Origin: Lingula anatina
Lineage: Eukaryota > Animalia > Brachiopoda
Direction: 5' to 3'
DNA: 64,000 nucleotides
Assembly: GCA_051362555.1 (NCBI GenBank)
Contig: CM120640.1
Span: 20,832,001 to 20,896,000, forward strand
The notes below the pieces were generated by a model. The model saw only the letters and a program-made list of their open reading frames with translations, was not told the origin of the DNA and searched no databases. The position numbers and the translations under genes were made by a program. This document shows, in pieces, positions 10,686 through 25,540 of the stretch (position 1 is its first letter; every line of letters starts with the position of its first letter).

Positions 10686-11379
10686 TGTATTGTTACTGAA
10701 ATGAGAAAAAAAGCATTCAGTGCCCCCTGCTACAACAATATTGTGTTATATTATATTTTGCATTTTATTGCACCTTATCAAAACACAGTCATTGTCCGTA
10801 TAATTTAACCTACCTGTGTTTGCTAAAAACCTTATACATTGTACCGGTAGTGAAGGAGCATGTGAAACACGAGTAATCTGAGATGATAAAATCCAGTGCA
10901 GGTACCCATGTAAGGGCATTGTGAAAGAAAACTGGTACTCCGTTGTGTTGTTGTTCTAGTAGTAGATAGCTTTAACAAGTACCATATTACACACTATACC
11001 TTCTGGATATTCTGCCGTTTCATGAACCCAGTATCGCCTGGATGCACAGAATCAATTCTCAATGCATTCAGCACACTGCTAACGCAGACAACTGGCAGAC
11101 GTCATCATGCATGGAGCATTCTCTCCCACCTATGGGAATGAAAAGTTACTACATGCGAATGAATGGCCCTCTATCGGTGAAATACCCACGCGTAACTCGC
11201 CGGTGGGAAGCGTTTGTGGTCACATTGTTGTGATTTACATGTGAATCATATATAAAACTATTAAATGTAGTGTGTTTGACAGCGCAGATTGCCTAAAATG
11301 TATTATAAAACACCGATAATGTGTTCAGAGATTGAATAAAGAAAAAGGTTTCTGTTCATGTGCTTTGTGTCCACTTCGA

Positions 11380-11560
11380 CATGTGGAATCATAGGCGCAG
11401 CCATGTTGTAAAGCACAAGCACCTGTTCGGTTGCTTCCGTAGAGAAATAATAACCAATCACAAGAGCTCGTTTTCCCGCCGAGCCGGCCCGAAGATGCAC
11501 TTTATGCCTTTGCGGGAGTAGGAAGTTCATCCGATTTTTTTTGCAGTTGGTTGCATAGGT
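11380..11560. promoter_or_regulatory. putative bidirectional promoter shared by SMYD4 (-) and NSD (+)
   Basis: CpG-enriched patch between divergent genes. It contains a YY1-like gccatgttg (about 11400), a CCAAT box (taaccaatca, 11451-11460), an E2F-like TTTCCCGC (11472-11479) and a likely NSD 5'UTR donor (atag|gtaaaa, about 11558). Confidence 0.55.
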
Positions 11561-12509
11561 AAAATATGTATTTATTAAGTTTTTTTATAGAATTTTTAAA
11601 GTTATCTACATATGGCTTATCAAGAGCAGTGCGGAAAACTACGACCGAGTTTGTTTGAGTAATGAGACCAACATGGCTCCCAAATGTGGCCGTGTGATTT
11701 GATTAGCTTCTGCACTTCGTCACATTAAAATTCAGATAAAAATACGTCTATACAGAGGTAACGACAAAATGTTATGATATCTGAAATTTGAAGTGTAACC
11801 TTGCTTTAATAGTGTTTGTTTTGATTGACGCATATTATATGCTTGGAAATGATTTAAAGACGGAGATTTCACTTTTGACCTAAACAATGCTTTGTCAGTT
11901 TCAGGTCATGGCTGTTGTCTGTAGCCCAGGGCCTGCTGTTGCAATTAAAGTTCAAACTACTTTTGCAAATCTGTTTTCATTACTTGCAATCAGAACTGTG
12001 CCATGTTTTAGCTTATTTGTCATTTGCAGCGCAGTTTTGCTGTTGCCAACATGAAAAATTTTATGAAGGATGGGTGAAAATTTATGTTAAACAGGTCTAG
12101 GAGTTTTGAGTGTTGAATGGGTTGATGCTCTGTGATTTTAAAAAACGAAACTTTAGTTCCTTTACTGGAAATGCAGGACCCACAGGTGTCAAAGTTGAAT
12201 ACAAAAACAAATGGCCCCATGTAAATTTGCATGCTAATTGACAACTAGATCAAGTACAGATGTGTGAATTATTTAATTGCAGGTTGTGATGTTGCAGAAA
12301 ATCTGAAAATATCAAAGGCATTTCACTGAGACTACCATTAACACAACATACTGCAGAATATCGCAAAATGTACCCCATTGTTTTCCTATTTTTACATTTG
12401 AGGTTAACATTGCATTGCAGACTTATATCTATAGAAAGATAACTTGCAGATTTATTTTGCAAAGTCTTTGTTGTTCATTTTAGTTCCATGATTGTCCATT
12501 GATGACAGC

Positions 12510-15500
12510 ATGGAAGAGCAGCAACAATCTGCCAGCCGTTCATCCAAGCCGGCTGTTCCGGTTGTCCATCGTCACCTCCCTCAGATAGCGCCAATGTCTC
12601 ACAACCCAAAGATAGCACAGAGCAAGGCAAGTGCAAAACAGACCTATGCAGATGCTGAGCCTGCCATTCTACCTGGACCCATTCCCTCAGACACTGCAGC
12701 TTTCCCAAACATTGTGGCAAACATTGAAGCCAAGGTGAATGAAGAAGAAAAAGTATCAAATGCAACTCCTTCGTTGCCAAATGGAAATGTTTCTATTAGC
12801 GATCACGCTATAGGTGACACAAGTGATGGTAATGAGAATGGAGGTGAAAAGAAGGTGAAAAGTAGAGTAGCTTCACCTGCTAAGATGAGAATTAAGAAAG
12901 GCACCAAGGTAAATTCAGGAGACTCTATACCAGATAATCTGCCTGCGGAATCTGTGGCTAAAGCTGCCCCAACTGAGGCAAGTGCCAATGGTATTGCTGA
13001 TAATTCTGGGAAACGGCGACGAAAGAAAAAGGACCTTGATAAGGAGGATGAGACATTGTCAGGGTCCGTGAAGTCAACACCCCCTTCCACTCCACCCAAA
13101 CTCAGTAAACCTATACAGCAGTTGGAGGCAGAAAGACCACCCAAGTGGCTGGTTGGGGAGATGGTGTGGTCTAAAGTCTCAGGTCATCCATGGTGGCCAT
13201 GCATGGTCACTTATGACCCCCTAGAAGGGGTATATACAAAATTTCAAGGTAACTTTTGTTTGATGTATCATGTATGTTCATATGCATTAAAAAGAATTTA
13301 TTTTTAAGTAGTCTAATATCCTTGCTTTATTCTTCTTTGATGTAGCTACAGGAAGTCAAGTGCAATCTCTAAATGGGGGAATTTAAGAAATTTGTTTAAA
13401 CAAATTGCTGTTTAATTTGGCATAAAGGATATAGTAACTAGAAAATAAAAAAAAAACATTGGAAAGTGATTGTGCCTGATGACTTTCAATATTCAGAGAT
13501 GACATAAGATTTAAGGATGGTCAAGTTGTGAGTTTGCATTAATAGCTGATTTAAATGTCCTACTTCCACTTTTCTTTGGCTTTTTACCTCCAAGTTCAAT
13601 CACAGTTTTAATATGATTTCAGGTGTAACCAGGAAATACCATATGCAGTTTTTTGGTGAGGTGGCAGAGCGCGGCTGGGTGACAGAAACCAGTACTCTCC
13701 CCTATGAGGGCAAGGCAGCTTTTGATAAATACATTCAGGACAAGATGGCAGCAGCACCCAACAAAACTGCCAAAGCACAAATAGCTCACAAATTTGAGGT
13801 GTCTTCACGAAGGAAGTTTGCCAGGGACTTTGCTGTTGAGTGCGCAGAGGAGGCATTTCAGATGCCTCGTAACGAACGCAAGCACAAGTACACCTTTGTT
13901 TACGAAGATCTCAAACCAAACGACCAATCTCAGGGAGCTGATGGAGCCACAGAGAAACTAGGATCTGATTTACCAAATGGAGTCATCAAACCAAAGAGGC
14001 CTTACAACAAAAGAAAGCTTAGTAATAAAGAATCTGTTAGTTCATCGCCAGTTGCAAAGAAAAGCAGGACAGGTCCGGAAATGCACACCAACTCAGAAGA
14101 GGCATCGCCAAAGAAAACCAGCAGGGCATTAAAAGAGAAATCTCCAGGTCAGTTCTTAGTTTTTTGTGAGAAGCATCGGGATCAGGTTAAGTCAGAACAC
14201 AATGAATTTGATGAGTCCATGGTTGAGGCGTACCTGAAGCAGCAGTGGAACGCTATGAACGACAAACAGAGGGGAAGGTATACGTCCAAGTTCCAGAGTA
14301 ACAGTGAGGGCCCAGACGAGGAAGAAGGGGCAGGGACCACTGAAGAAAGTAAGTGAAAGATAAGTTTGTAAATTAAAATAAGAAGGATTGTAATAAAAAT
14401 TACCACCATCTTGACCACCTTTCTTTCAAGTTTTTAAGGAGGCCACTGAATGTACATTAAAGTTTGTCTTATTAGGTATTTTTAGTCTTAATGTTTTGTC
14501 TCATTGAAAAAGTTTCGTTCAGGGTTAAATTAAAAAGGCATAAATGTTTGTTGGGTTTTCATTGCTTACTAGAAATAAGCTAGTGAAATGGTAACTTTTT
14601 TCTCAACCTCCAGGAGGAGTAAAGACTTCTTCAAGGCTTCCCAAACCATCCAAAAAGGTCCTGGAGGCCCACACAGCTAAACATGCAAGGCGCAAAAAGT
14701 TAAAAAAGAGAGGCAGAAAGGTAGAAAACAGTCCTGATTTATCCAAAATAGAGCTTAATGTACATTTTTTTTCTGGATAGGTCATTGTTTAAGATTATTT
14801 GTTTTAAAATCAGTCAAGATAAAGTACACAGTTGATTTTTGTGCATCGTAGTATAATATTTGACCTTCCTTGCTTATTGGTATCTTTTTGATGATATCTC
14901 TTTAATAATTATTATACACAATTTGAAACTGCTTGGTAATAATACTGTGATAGGTAATCATCAACCTTTGTCAAGTCTTAATTACTATGTTTTGTAGATT
15001 GTACACTTATACTACAAAATATGTTAAAGGTCAAATGTGAATCGATTACTGGTGAGGTTTTTGTACATTTATGCCATAACCTATAATTTAATAGATTCCC
15101 ATTTAACCACTTTATTCATAATCATTGAACAGAGCATGATATTTTTCTTTCTTTAATTTAAACAAGTAATCAAGTCTGTTGTGCTTAATTTTGTTCACAT
15201 GTTTATGTCTACAGCCGAAGACGGATGGTCAGCCAGGTTCAGGCAGCAGTCTTGATGATGTCATCAACAGTGTTGTAGCTGGCTGTGGAAAGGTTAGAAT
15301 ATGTACAGTGTTGTTAAAAAAGTAAATTCTTTCTGATGAGATTAAATGGGTTTTTATTACTTACCTATTAGTTGTGATATAAGAATGTTGTGTTGATTGG
15401 GACATAATGCTTGTGGGAATGTTACTTTTTAATGACTTCATGAAAACTTTGTAGAGGTTGAAGGATCAGATTATTTGTGTATGCCAGTGATTTCTCAACT

Positions 15501-18500
15501 TTTCCAACTTGACTGTTTGCAAGGAAATTTTTTTTTAAATTGGAAAAACCAAAATTATTTACTAGTTGAGATGCAGTGTTCATCTCTTTAGAGTTAAACC
15601 TTAATCAAATAGAAACTTAACTTTGGAAATGTTGTAAATATTTTTAAATGTTGTTTAACTTTTTCAAATACAAAGGACTTTTGATTTATTTGATTGAATA
15701 TTACTGACTTTAAGGCATGGTCAAACAATACATTTACAGCCTAAATCTTACAAGCATGCAGCAGTCAGTAGAAAAACATCAGTAGCCACTGAAGAGGATG
15801 AACAAGAACCTGGGACACGCAAAATGGTAAACTGCATTTTAAGATAATTTTATGCCAAGTAATTCAAGTATCCATCTTGTCTGTCATTATCATAAGAAGA
15901 CTACACAGGATTATCGCATTACACTCACATACTATGACTTTCAAGTTACCTATGTATCTAATTATTCCATGGAATTGAACTTGTTTTGGCTGTAGAAAAT
16001 GAAAGGAGCTTGGGTATTTTTTGGCAAATTGAGGTTTATATGCTCTAAACGTGTCATGACAGATAAGCCTTAAACAAAATTATACTTTTCAGACATTAGA
16101 AGAGAGGCGTATCCAAGAAGGACAGGAATATGAGTTGGAGATTTTCAAGCTTGTGGCTAATGGAACACAAAAGAAAGAAAACATTTGTGTGATCTGTGAA
16201 GAATCACATGCACTTGGTGAACTCATACAGTGTGAAGGACCCTGTTCTGGATCATTTCATCTGTCCTGTCTTGGACTGACTGCAGCTCCATCTGGTGTCT
16301 TCAAATGTGATGAATGCACATCTGGTGAGTAACTTCTTTAGATGAAGAAATGGACTGGGATTATTTGTTTGTGCATACAAGTTTTTGGATAAATGTGTAC
16401 CTGTCTGATTATACCCAAAAAAATCTTAATATTATGGAAATTGAAAAACAAAACATCATTAAAGTATATATGATTCTATCTATATATCCATAGTGTAAAT
16501 CACCTTCATTAATTTTTTCAGGTTGCCATACTTGTTTTGCCTGCAAAAAAGCTGGAAAAGATCTGAAAAAATGCTCTGTTCCATTGTGCGGGAAGTTCTA
16601 CCATGAACACTGTGCAAGTCAGTTTCTTCTGTCCAAGTTTGAGGCTAAAGGTCTGGTCTGTCCCCTGCATGTGTGCACAAACTGTGCAGAAGGCAACCCA
16701 AAGAACCCAAAAGCAACTAAAGGTAATGAAGACTAAGACAGGTGGTCATTTTGCACTTTTCACTAGGGATATGGATATGGCCAAGGACGACTGCTGTTTC
16801 TGTTAGAATTGCTGTTGGAAATTCATCATTATACTTTGAAACTTCAAATATTCGGGGAAATTCACCCTTGAGGGAAATCAGTTTTGTTTCCACCATTTTG
16901 ACCCTTGTGATAGCTGTTTAGTAACAATGTTTGGCTTGTTCTATTAGAGATGGGTTGTTTTAGCTTGCAACCAGTGTACATTTGGTCATTTGTAATGATT
17001 CTTTATGCCCATCATCAATGTATTTAGTAACTTAAGGTGGAAATAAATAATTGAAGGAATATTTCCTTTCTCAGGTCGCCTGTATCGTTGTGTGCGCTGT
17101 CCCACTGCGTATCATGCTGGAGACCTGTGTGTGGCCGCGGGCAGCGTCAACCTGGCAGGGTACAATATTGTGTGCAGTAAACACTTTCAGCCAGTGAAGG
17201 CACACAAGCACCACTCACATGTTAATGTCTCTTGGTGTTTTATTTGCAATAAAGGTAAGGAATTATCGGTTCTTGTTTGATATTGGTTAAGAATTTGTAA
17301 ATTTCCATTTTTTTTCTTTTTAAAATCCTTTTTATGACATGTGGAGCTTGGTTTTGTTGAATATGAAATGTAAACTTGACTTAATTGGATAATGTTTAAA
17401 TAAATGACAAGGTGAAAGGTCAGCAGTTGAATTCAGCTGTTTGCCAGTTTATAGTTGAAAACATTGATGTATTTCCTTACGTTATTTGAAAGTGTGAAAG
17501 GCTGAAATGTGGACCATGTTAGATACTCTGTTTAATCATTTCATATTTGCAACATAAATCCTGTTTTCTGACATGTTGGTTTTGGTATGTCATTGACTAT
17601 GTTACAACCTTGTTCACAGGAAATGGGAAAATCACCATTTTTACATTTTCACAATTAGATGCAAAATGAAGAACATGAGAGGCTAAGATCTCTATTCAGA
17701 TGTTTACATTTTCTTCTTGATTTTCATCATTTTAACCTTAAATATAAGCCACAACCTAGATAAGCAGGTTTTATGGATATTTTTTCATTTCCAGGAGGGA
17801 CATTACTATGCTGTGAGAGTTGCCCTGCAGCATTCCATCCAGAATGCCTCAAGATTCTGTTCCCAGATGACAGTTGGTTCTGTAGGGACTGTGCTGTGGG
17901 GAAGACACCCCTATATGGAGATATTATATGGGTTAAGCTAGGCATTTACAGGTAAATAATTCAGTAGTATCTTTACAGTAGCATTATGAATCTTTTAAAC
18001 TCCTTGGAATGATAGAGTCTGACATTTTCAGTTTTATAATTGCAACATCCAACTTTGGTGTATTTCTTCTATGGTCATTTCTACTTTGATATAAGTGTTG
18101 AAAAATATGAAAACTGCTGCTCAGCTGTGTGAATTATGGTTTCAAGTAAAATTAAAGATTGTAAAAAACTTTTTCTCCTTCAGGTGGTGGCCAGGAGAAA
18201 TCTGTCATCCTAGACATGTTCCCCTCAACATTCAAGAGAAGGACCATCAGGTGGGGGAATTCCCTGTACGCTTCTTTGGCTCACATGATTATTTCTGGAC
18301 TCACAAGAGAAGGTAAGGGATAAAGTGTCATTATTGGATCATTTTTGAATTTGAAGAGGGACTTATAATAATATAAATCCTATATGAAGAGTGCAATAGT
18401 AGGTTCATTGGTCATTTTGTGATCTGTATATAGGTCTTTGCAAAAAGCAAAATTCTAGTTCCTTACTTTCCGCTGTACTTCAAGAAATTTCAAGTTGCTC

Positions 18501-21500
18501 CTTCAAATAAGTTTCTGTCCACAGAGATTGTATTAAATGAGTAAGATAAATTTTTGTAGAGTTTTCCTGTTTCAAGAGGGTGACAAGGGGAGTAGAGACT
18601 ACACCAACTGTAAAGGACTGGCCAAAGTGTTCAGATTAGGTATGTAGATTATGCCTTCAACCAACCTTGTGTAGATTTTTCTTGATGGTATTTTAAGTCA
18701 ACAGCTTTATTGTTGTAATATAATTAAAATGTGTATCTTATTGGATCCTTTTGTCTTTTTCCATGATTAAGCTGTGGCTGAGGCCACCGAAGCATTTAAA
18801 GTTTGGAAGTCTTACAAGGACACAAAGGAACAACAAGAGATTGAACGCAACGACAAGAAACCTGCACCATTTAAGTTTATCAAGGTAAATTGTCTGCAGT
18901 CAAAATGATATGATTAAAGTTCATTTCAACTTTCTTTACAGATTTAGGTTTTAATTGTTTTTCAGTGAAATACAAAACAATATTTAGCCATGGGATCATT
19001 GTTATGAAAATTTTAGTAAACAAGAGTAATATGTGGTCAATAGCATCAGTCTGGATCATCAGCCAGCAACAATTCCAGATCTGAAATATTTAAAACAAAA
19101 ATGAGAATTAGAAAAGTATAAATTTCATTTATTTCTTTCAGACCAATATTCCATATGGCAGTGTTCAACTTTACAAACCTGATCTCTCAGAGCTCCCTCG
19201 CTGTGAATGCAAGCCATCCAGCGAGCATCCTTGTGGTTCAGATTCTGAGTGCTATAACCGTATGCTGCAGTATGAGTGTCACCCTTCAGTCTGCCCTGCT
19301 GGAGAGAAATGTGAGAACCAGAGGTTTCAGAAAAGATTATATGTGGAGTCAGAATCATTCCGTACCTCTAGTAGAGGCTGGGGATTAAGGGCTCTTAGGG
19401 ATGTTAAGAAGGTTTGTTATGTTAATTTTTTTCAGTTTTTTGTCTCCTATGTAAACCATTGATTTTCATGGTAACTCGCACAGAATTGGTCACACCTTAC
19501 AGTATTTGCCTACCATGCTGAGATTAAGAATACAACACCAGATTCCACTTTGAACGTCATCTTCCAAGATGGTTGCAGAATAATGAAGTGTGATATATTT
19601 TTTCTTTTGTTAGAGAACTCTCTCGTGGTATTATGGCCATACCAACCTTTAACATCTTAAGCTTGCTGAATCCACCAGATTTTGCTGTTTAATATCATGT
19701 TTGACCAGTTGTCTGTGCTTTTGTAAAAAAGTAGTCTGCACATCCACAGTGTCATTGGTTATTCTTGTTAATTAAATTTAAATATATTACAAAGCTACTA
19801 ATATTATTATTATTGATAAAATCACGGATAAAAGTTACACAAGAAGAGAGGGACAATGTCAGATAAATTTAGGAAAGATACCTTTAACAGTATCCTTGGA
19901 TAAGTAGAATGTTTGTCTTTATTTCAGGGAGAGTTTGTGAATGAGTACTGCGGAGAGCTTGTTGATGAAGAAGAGTGCAAAAGAAGAATACAGAAAGCAC
20001 ATGATGAAAACATCAGCAACTTCTACATGCTCACCATTGACAAAAACAGGTGAAAATAGTGGATGTTACTGTTGGATTTAAATGAAACACAATTTGTGAC
20101 AACCTTATGAATATTTATTAAAAATCTAATCTGTATTATACCAACACTCCATTTAGAATTACACATGTCGGTTACTGGTTGATAAGTGAGGTTGAAACTT
20201 ATATAGTTAGTAAATTAAATAAATCATGCTTTTCAGAATAATTGATGCAGGCCCAAAGGGGAACTTGTCCAGGTTTATCAACCACAGCTGTCAGCCCAAC
20301 TTGGAGACACAGAAATGGACTGTCAATGGCAATATTAGGGTGGGGCTGTTTGCTTCTGATGACATTCCAGCTGGTAGGTGACAGCAGTGTATGACTCCCA
20401 ATATAATGTACTCCCAGATCTTTGAATGGATCAGATGTATATATATTTTTTTTTCATGTGCCATTTTCATGTATACACAGTTGCTACAAATGAGGGTCTC
20501 TGATCACATATCAGTCCTTCAATATAAATTTGATATTAAACTTTAGTTAGAAGTTTTCCAGTAAGGATTCATGATTATGTTACTATCAAAAACATCCAAA
20601 TAGAATTTGTTTTTATACGAGATCAAACAGTTTGGCGAGGGTCTAAAATGTACACTCTCTGTTAATGATTTGTTCACAAAATCTCCTTTAGGGACAGAGT
20701 TCACCTTCAACTACAACCTTGACTGCTTGGGCAATGAAAAGACGGTGTGTCAATGTGGATCACCCAATTGCAGTGGATTCTTGGGTGTCAGACCAAAGGT
20801 GCAGTATCATTTATTGTCTTTTGGTACCATTTCATAGTTCATAGTTGATTATTTCAGTTATGGTACTAAACCTTATGAAAAGACATTGCAGAGAAAATTA
20901 TAGATCAGAAATTTATATCAAGTGCATAAAAATTGATATTAAATGCTTTTTGCTTGTCAGTTGCAAGTTTGTACTATGCAAGTTTCACAAATAATAATAA
21001 TTTTTATTTTATCTCATACATAATGTTCCCAATCATTTATGGGTATGTAACCAACCACCAAATTCATGGCAATTTTCCTGCAGACGGCAGCAGCAGCAGC
21101 CAATGAAAAGAAGGCAAAGGAGGCTAAGAAACGTAAGAAACGTCGCAACAAACCTGATGTCAAAAAGGAACATGAAGATTGGTGTTTCAGATGTGGAGAA
21201 GGTGGAGAGCTAGTAATGTGTGACAGAACCAAGTGTCCGAAGGCTTATCACCTGGGCTGTCTGGGGCTGAACAAGCCACCTCATGGTAAGACTTACATGA
21301 ACACTTTCATGATAGGCATATTCTAGCATTGCCCTAAAGTGTTTAACTTCAGAATCAAAATTTTAACCCCTACAACATGGGTCAACAAGGTAATAGAAAA
21401 ATCGTTGAATAATCACTGCCTAGTTTTAAAATAAAACATTTTTGGTAATCTTTTACCTGTAATGTCCTGTTTTGGCACTGATTTCTGTTCCAATTTGTTA

Positions 21501-22174
21501 GATAAGCTGACTCTCGAAACGAAATTAATGAAGTATATCTTTAGTCTGGTAAAACTACTTGAAATGAACCGAGATTGATATTGTTAATGATAAACACCTT
21601 GTCTTGTAAAGTACATTTAAGTGAGTGGTGATTTGGAAATTTCAAACAGTACACTCCCACGTCTATACTTATATTGATTGTTGTGCAATTTACAGGGAAG
21701 TGGGACTGTCCATGGCACCACTGTGATGATTGTGGAAAGCCAGCAGTGAAGTTATGCACAGAGTGCCCTAATTCTTTCTGTCAAGCTCACATAGAAAAAA
21801 ATGTCATCCTTGACTTGGCAGATGGCACCGTTTTGTGTAGTGACCATGACGAGCTTGTGGATAGTATGAAGAACTCCAGCAGTGGCACTGACAGTGAAAG
21901 CAGCAGCCAAGTTGCATCGGACGTCACCCAGACGTCTACATCAGCAGTGCCACCTACTGAGCAAGGTACTGATCAAGACAAGACAAAAGCAATTAAAAGA
22001 AGAAAAGCAGCAGAAAGTAACAGGACAGCTGCATCAAAGAAGATACAAAAGAGAGCCAAAACCAGTAGCAAGCAGCCATCTCAGGGGAATGAAATGAAGA
22101 TAGAAACAGAAGATCCTGGTTCTGAGAGTGATGATGGAGATGGAAAGTTGGTCATGGACGTTCCTGTGTTATGA
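12510..22174 (+). CDS. NSD2: NSD-family histone H3K36 methyltransferase (NSD1/2/3 co-orthologue; has an HMG box like NSD2)
   Basis: Exons 12510-13248, 13623-14348, 14614-14720, 15215-15292, 15740-15826, 16093-16324, 16522-16722, 17075-17254, 17795-17951, 18184-18312, 18560-18639, 18772-18884, 19142-19411, 19928-20049, 20237-20373, 20692-20798, 21084-21285, 21696-22174, all GT-AG. Domains: PWWP1 ([13 protein letters not shown]), HMG-like box, several PHD fingers, PWWP2 ([11 protein letters not shown]), AWS, SET ([15 protein letters not shown]), post-SET ([10 protein letters not shown]) and PHD5-C5HCH. An in-frame TGA at 12489 precedes the ATG. Confidence 0.95.
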
Positions 22175-24939
22175 GGACACTGAATTTAGAGTTCCAATGC
22201 ATTGTTGTATGTATATATTTATATTTGAAAAAAAGTACATTAAGATGTCCTTTTTTCAAAGTATTGTACAGGTATATTTGATAGATTGCTTAAACAGATA
22301 CGATGTAAAAAAGAAAGCAATGGAAATGTTAAAGACTAATTATCACTGATCATAAAATATCAGTGAACATTCATTTGTATGTTTCTGTTCAGAAAGATCA
22401 GTGTGTCCCTGATATTAGGTTTAGAACCTGCTTCATTATAGGATGTTCCTAGTAAATTCTTTGAATGGCATAAAATGTTAAAATATCTTCACATCAAAAT
22501 ATCTTTATATATTGCCAATTAGTGAGCATCTGTAGATTTCAAATGAATTATTGTAAAATGTTTTGACTTGCAAGCTCTGATACAATTTAAAGGACAGACT
22601 ATCTATTATATGCACAGACAAGAAATCGAGTCCTTCAGATAACAAATTGGAAACATATTTGAGATTCATGTTCTTTTTAACATTTGTTATTTGAATGTGT
22701 TAGAAAATGTTCATCTGGGTGAGGACTGGGTGTGTCTTTGTGTTGATGTGTGTTTTAGCAGATAGTTATTTTATTTTTCATTCTTAAAATGAAGGTGAAT
22801 CATCTTTATAGATAGCATTCTACCTTTCAAATTGTTGAAAAGACTCAGCATATAGAAGTATATTTTATGAAATGCACTATAATTATTAATAGATAAATGG
22901 TCTTTTTTTTCATGTTGATTGAATGAGACATGTACAAAAGGTTTCCAGTGGGAGTTTTAAGCAATGGTAAAATGGATTTTTGTTTTCATTTTAAACTGAC
23001 CTGCCCCACACGTGGTTGGCTTTAAGTTGGGATTAATTTTTCTTAGTGATCAATATGGTAAATTTGCTTGCAATTTTTATTCCTTGTTATCATTTGTCAG
23101 ATAGGTAAGTTCCAGGTGTAGAGATGTTTATATATTGTCAGGTAATTGTGTCAGTGATTTTGTTTTGTAATTATTTATTTTGACTTTCCAGGGAAGTATT
23201 AGTATCTCAATATTCCGGTCTTAATGTATCTGCTGTTATTGATTAGCTAATTGCAGCAGTTTTGTCAGGTGATATTATGGCTGCCAGGCACAGGAGAGAA
23301 GTAATGTATGTGCATGAACATCTCACCATATTGTGAATAATGTTAAACCACTTGTCTATTTGTGTATCACATTTTTGAAATCTGTTCAACTTTATTTGAG
23401 CAAAAGTTTTTATTATGGCTTCCATGGTAATGGGAAGCAGTGGGGATCAAAATGACACTAGGGGCACCTGCATCTGTATATCTGGCAGCAAAACTGTATG
23501 TGAATAATAACCTCTACATGTTGTTGTTCTAAAAATGGAGCGAGTTGAGTGATGTCTTTATTATGACCGAAAAAGACAAACAGTATTGTTTTAGAGCTAT
23601 TGAAATAAATATCATAAAAACATCTGCTGAAGTACTAACCCAGGGATTAATATATTTATCCCCCTTTCTTTATGCTCTATAAAGTGACATACCTCAAGAA
23701 CTTTTTGTAGGGAACCCTTTACTTATGTGAAACTCGTCTACTTTACTGTATGCTTATAAAGAAAATGACAAGTGTGTTGTACATGTATATGGGGACTAAA
23801 TTATATAGCTCATTTTATAATCTCTGGAAACTTCACTGTTTAGAAGATGGTGGATGTAGCCTGTGCACTTAAAAAAAAAAAAAGAAAACCAAGTCTGTTG
23901 CTTGTACCATTACGTTTCCTCCAAAAGTAAGGCTAGCTAGTGAAGTTTCCTGCTAGTATGTGCCAGCTGTAGGTGAACAGCTTGAAGGTATTGAGTACAT
24001 TTTTTTTTTTTTTTTCTTCAATTATATGGTATACTTAGGACTCTGTGTTTTCAAAGTTTTTGTAGAATTTTGAAACCATTGAATGCTTTTAAGAGCCTCA
24101 GATAATGTTTTATTGAAAAAAAGTAAACGTAAAAAGACACCTAAAGATGAGAAAACACTTCATTTGTTTAGAAGAGATTTAACTTTATTTTGAAACATCC
24201 TTTGTGCAAAAAAAAATTAAGAATGAGCTCAAACTTAATTGGTGATATACATATAAACATGTTATAACTGTTGTATTCTTTAAAAAGAATGGTCACCGAA
24301 AGGGCAGTTCATATGAAAGACCAGACAGTAGCTGTAAAATATTTAATCTGGTTACATTTATTTTTTGTCTTTACTTAAAAGTGCAGTTTTGAATGCTAAG
24401 AAAGACGTTAATTATTTGTAAGCAGGACTCTAAAAGGTAAAACAGCTATATGTGGAAAGTATGGTTAAAGGTGTCAGCTTCAAGCTGTTTTAATTCAGTC
24501 TATAGGTGAAGTGGCGACTCAATTTTTTAGATTTTTTCAGACTTTGGTAGAAGATGACTAAGCTATCATCATAATGAAACACTGTGATGCTTCAACTCAT
24601 TCGTATTTGTTAGCTATATTCCAAATTTGTAAGTTGTGTAGTTCATTGTTTTGCTAGTTCTGTTCATTGGAATTGATTTTTATTTTTGTTATTTTACATT
24701 ACTTTCTCATTTCCAAGTACTGCTTTGGTAGGTTGTAGCCTGGGTAAAAATAATGGCATGCGTACATAAAAATAACTTTTTTAATTGTAAGGTCATTTAA
24801 TTTCTATAATTGAATGTATTTGCTTCATATTTTAAATGTGCACAAGGTTATAAATAGGTTTGTCTGTTTCTAATTCCATATTATGGTCATGACCATTGTC
24901 AAATTGGTGCATATTTCTATGCAAAATAGCTCTGGGCCT

Positions 24940-25070
24940 AGAATAAAGTCAACTTTTCATTTCAGGTGACTTGCCATTGTTGAACACTACAATTACCTTC
25001 GTCATCCTTTTGAAATAAATTTCAGGAATTGTAAAATAATTTGGTCTTTTGCATTATTTATTTATTTAGG
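24940..25070. terminator. closely spaced convergent polyadenylation signals of NSD (+) and BNIP1 (-)
   Basis: AATAAA on + at about 24942 and 25014; overlapping AATAAA on - within tttatttattt at about 25057-25067. Motif-based inference. Confidence 0.4.
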
Positions 25071-25540
25071 CATTAATTTACCATCTGATGCTAGTCTGTC
25101 TGGTCTTACAATGTTTGCACCAAACCTCTAAATGTTTCACGAGTCACAATATGCACATGAACCACTGTCAATGCTGGGGGACTATTTATATCTGGTAATC
25201 AAATATCAATTATTTCATTCCACCTGCAGAAACATCTATTTTTGGAGACTAGTGGTTTTCATTCTTCTGTTTACTGGTGGAGAAACGGTAACACTTCCAA
25301 CAGCAACCGTGAACATCCATTCATCACACTTAATCAAATGTAGAACTCCATCTGAATCCACTTTTTATGACTTCATGTCATCTTGGATCAGTGGCCATAA
25401 TGCTGTCTATCTGGTGTGTTTTGTTTCTCATATATGCTGTCCAGTTTTATCTGACTTCACTTCTGTAGGCAAATTTAAGAACGCTTCTATTTTGGAGCAA
25501 CTCTCTGATGGCATCTTCATATCTTTCCATGTCACTCCCT

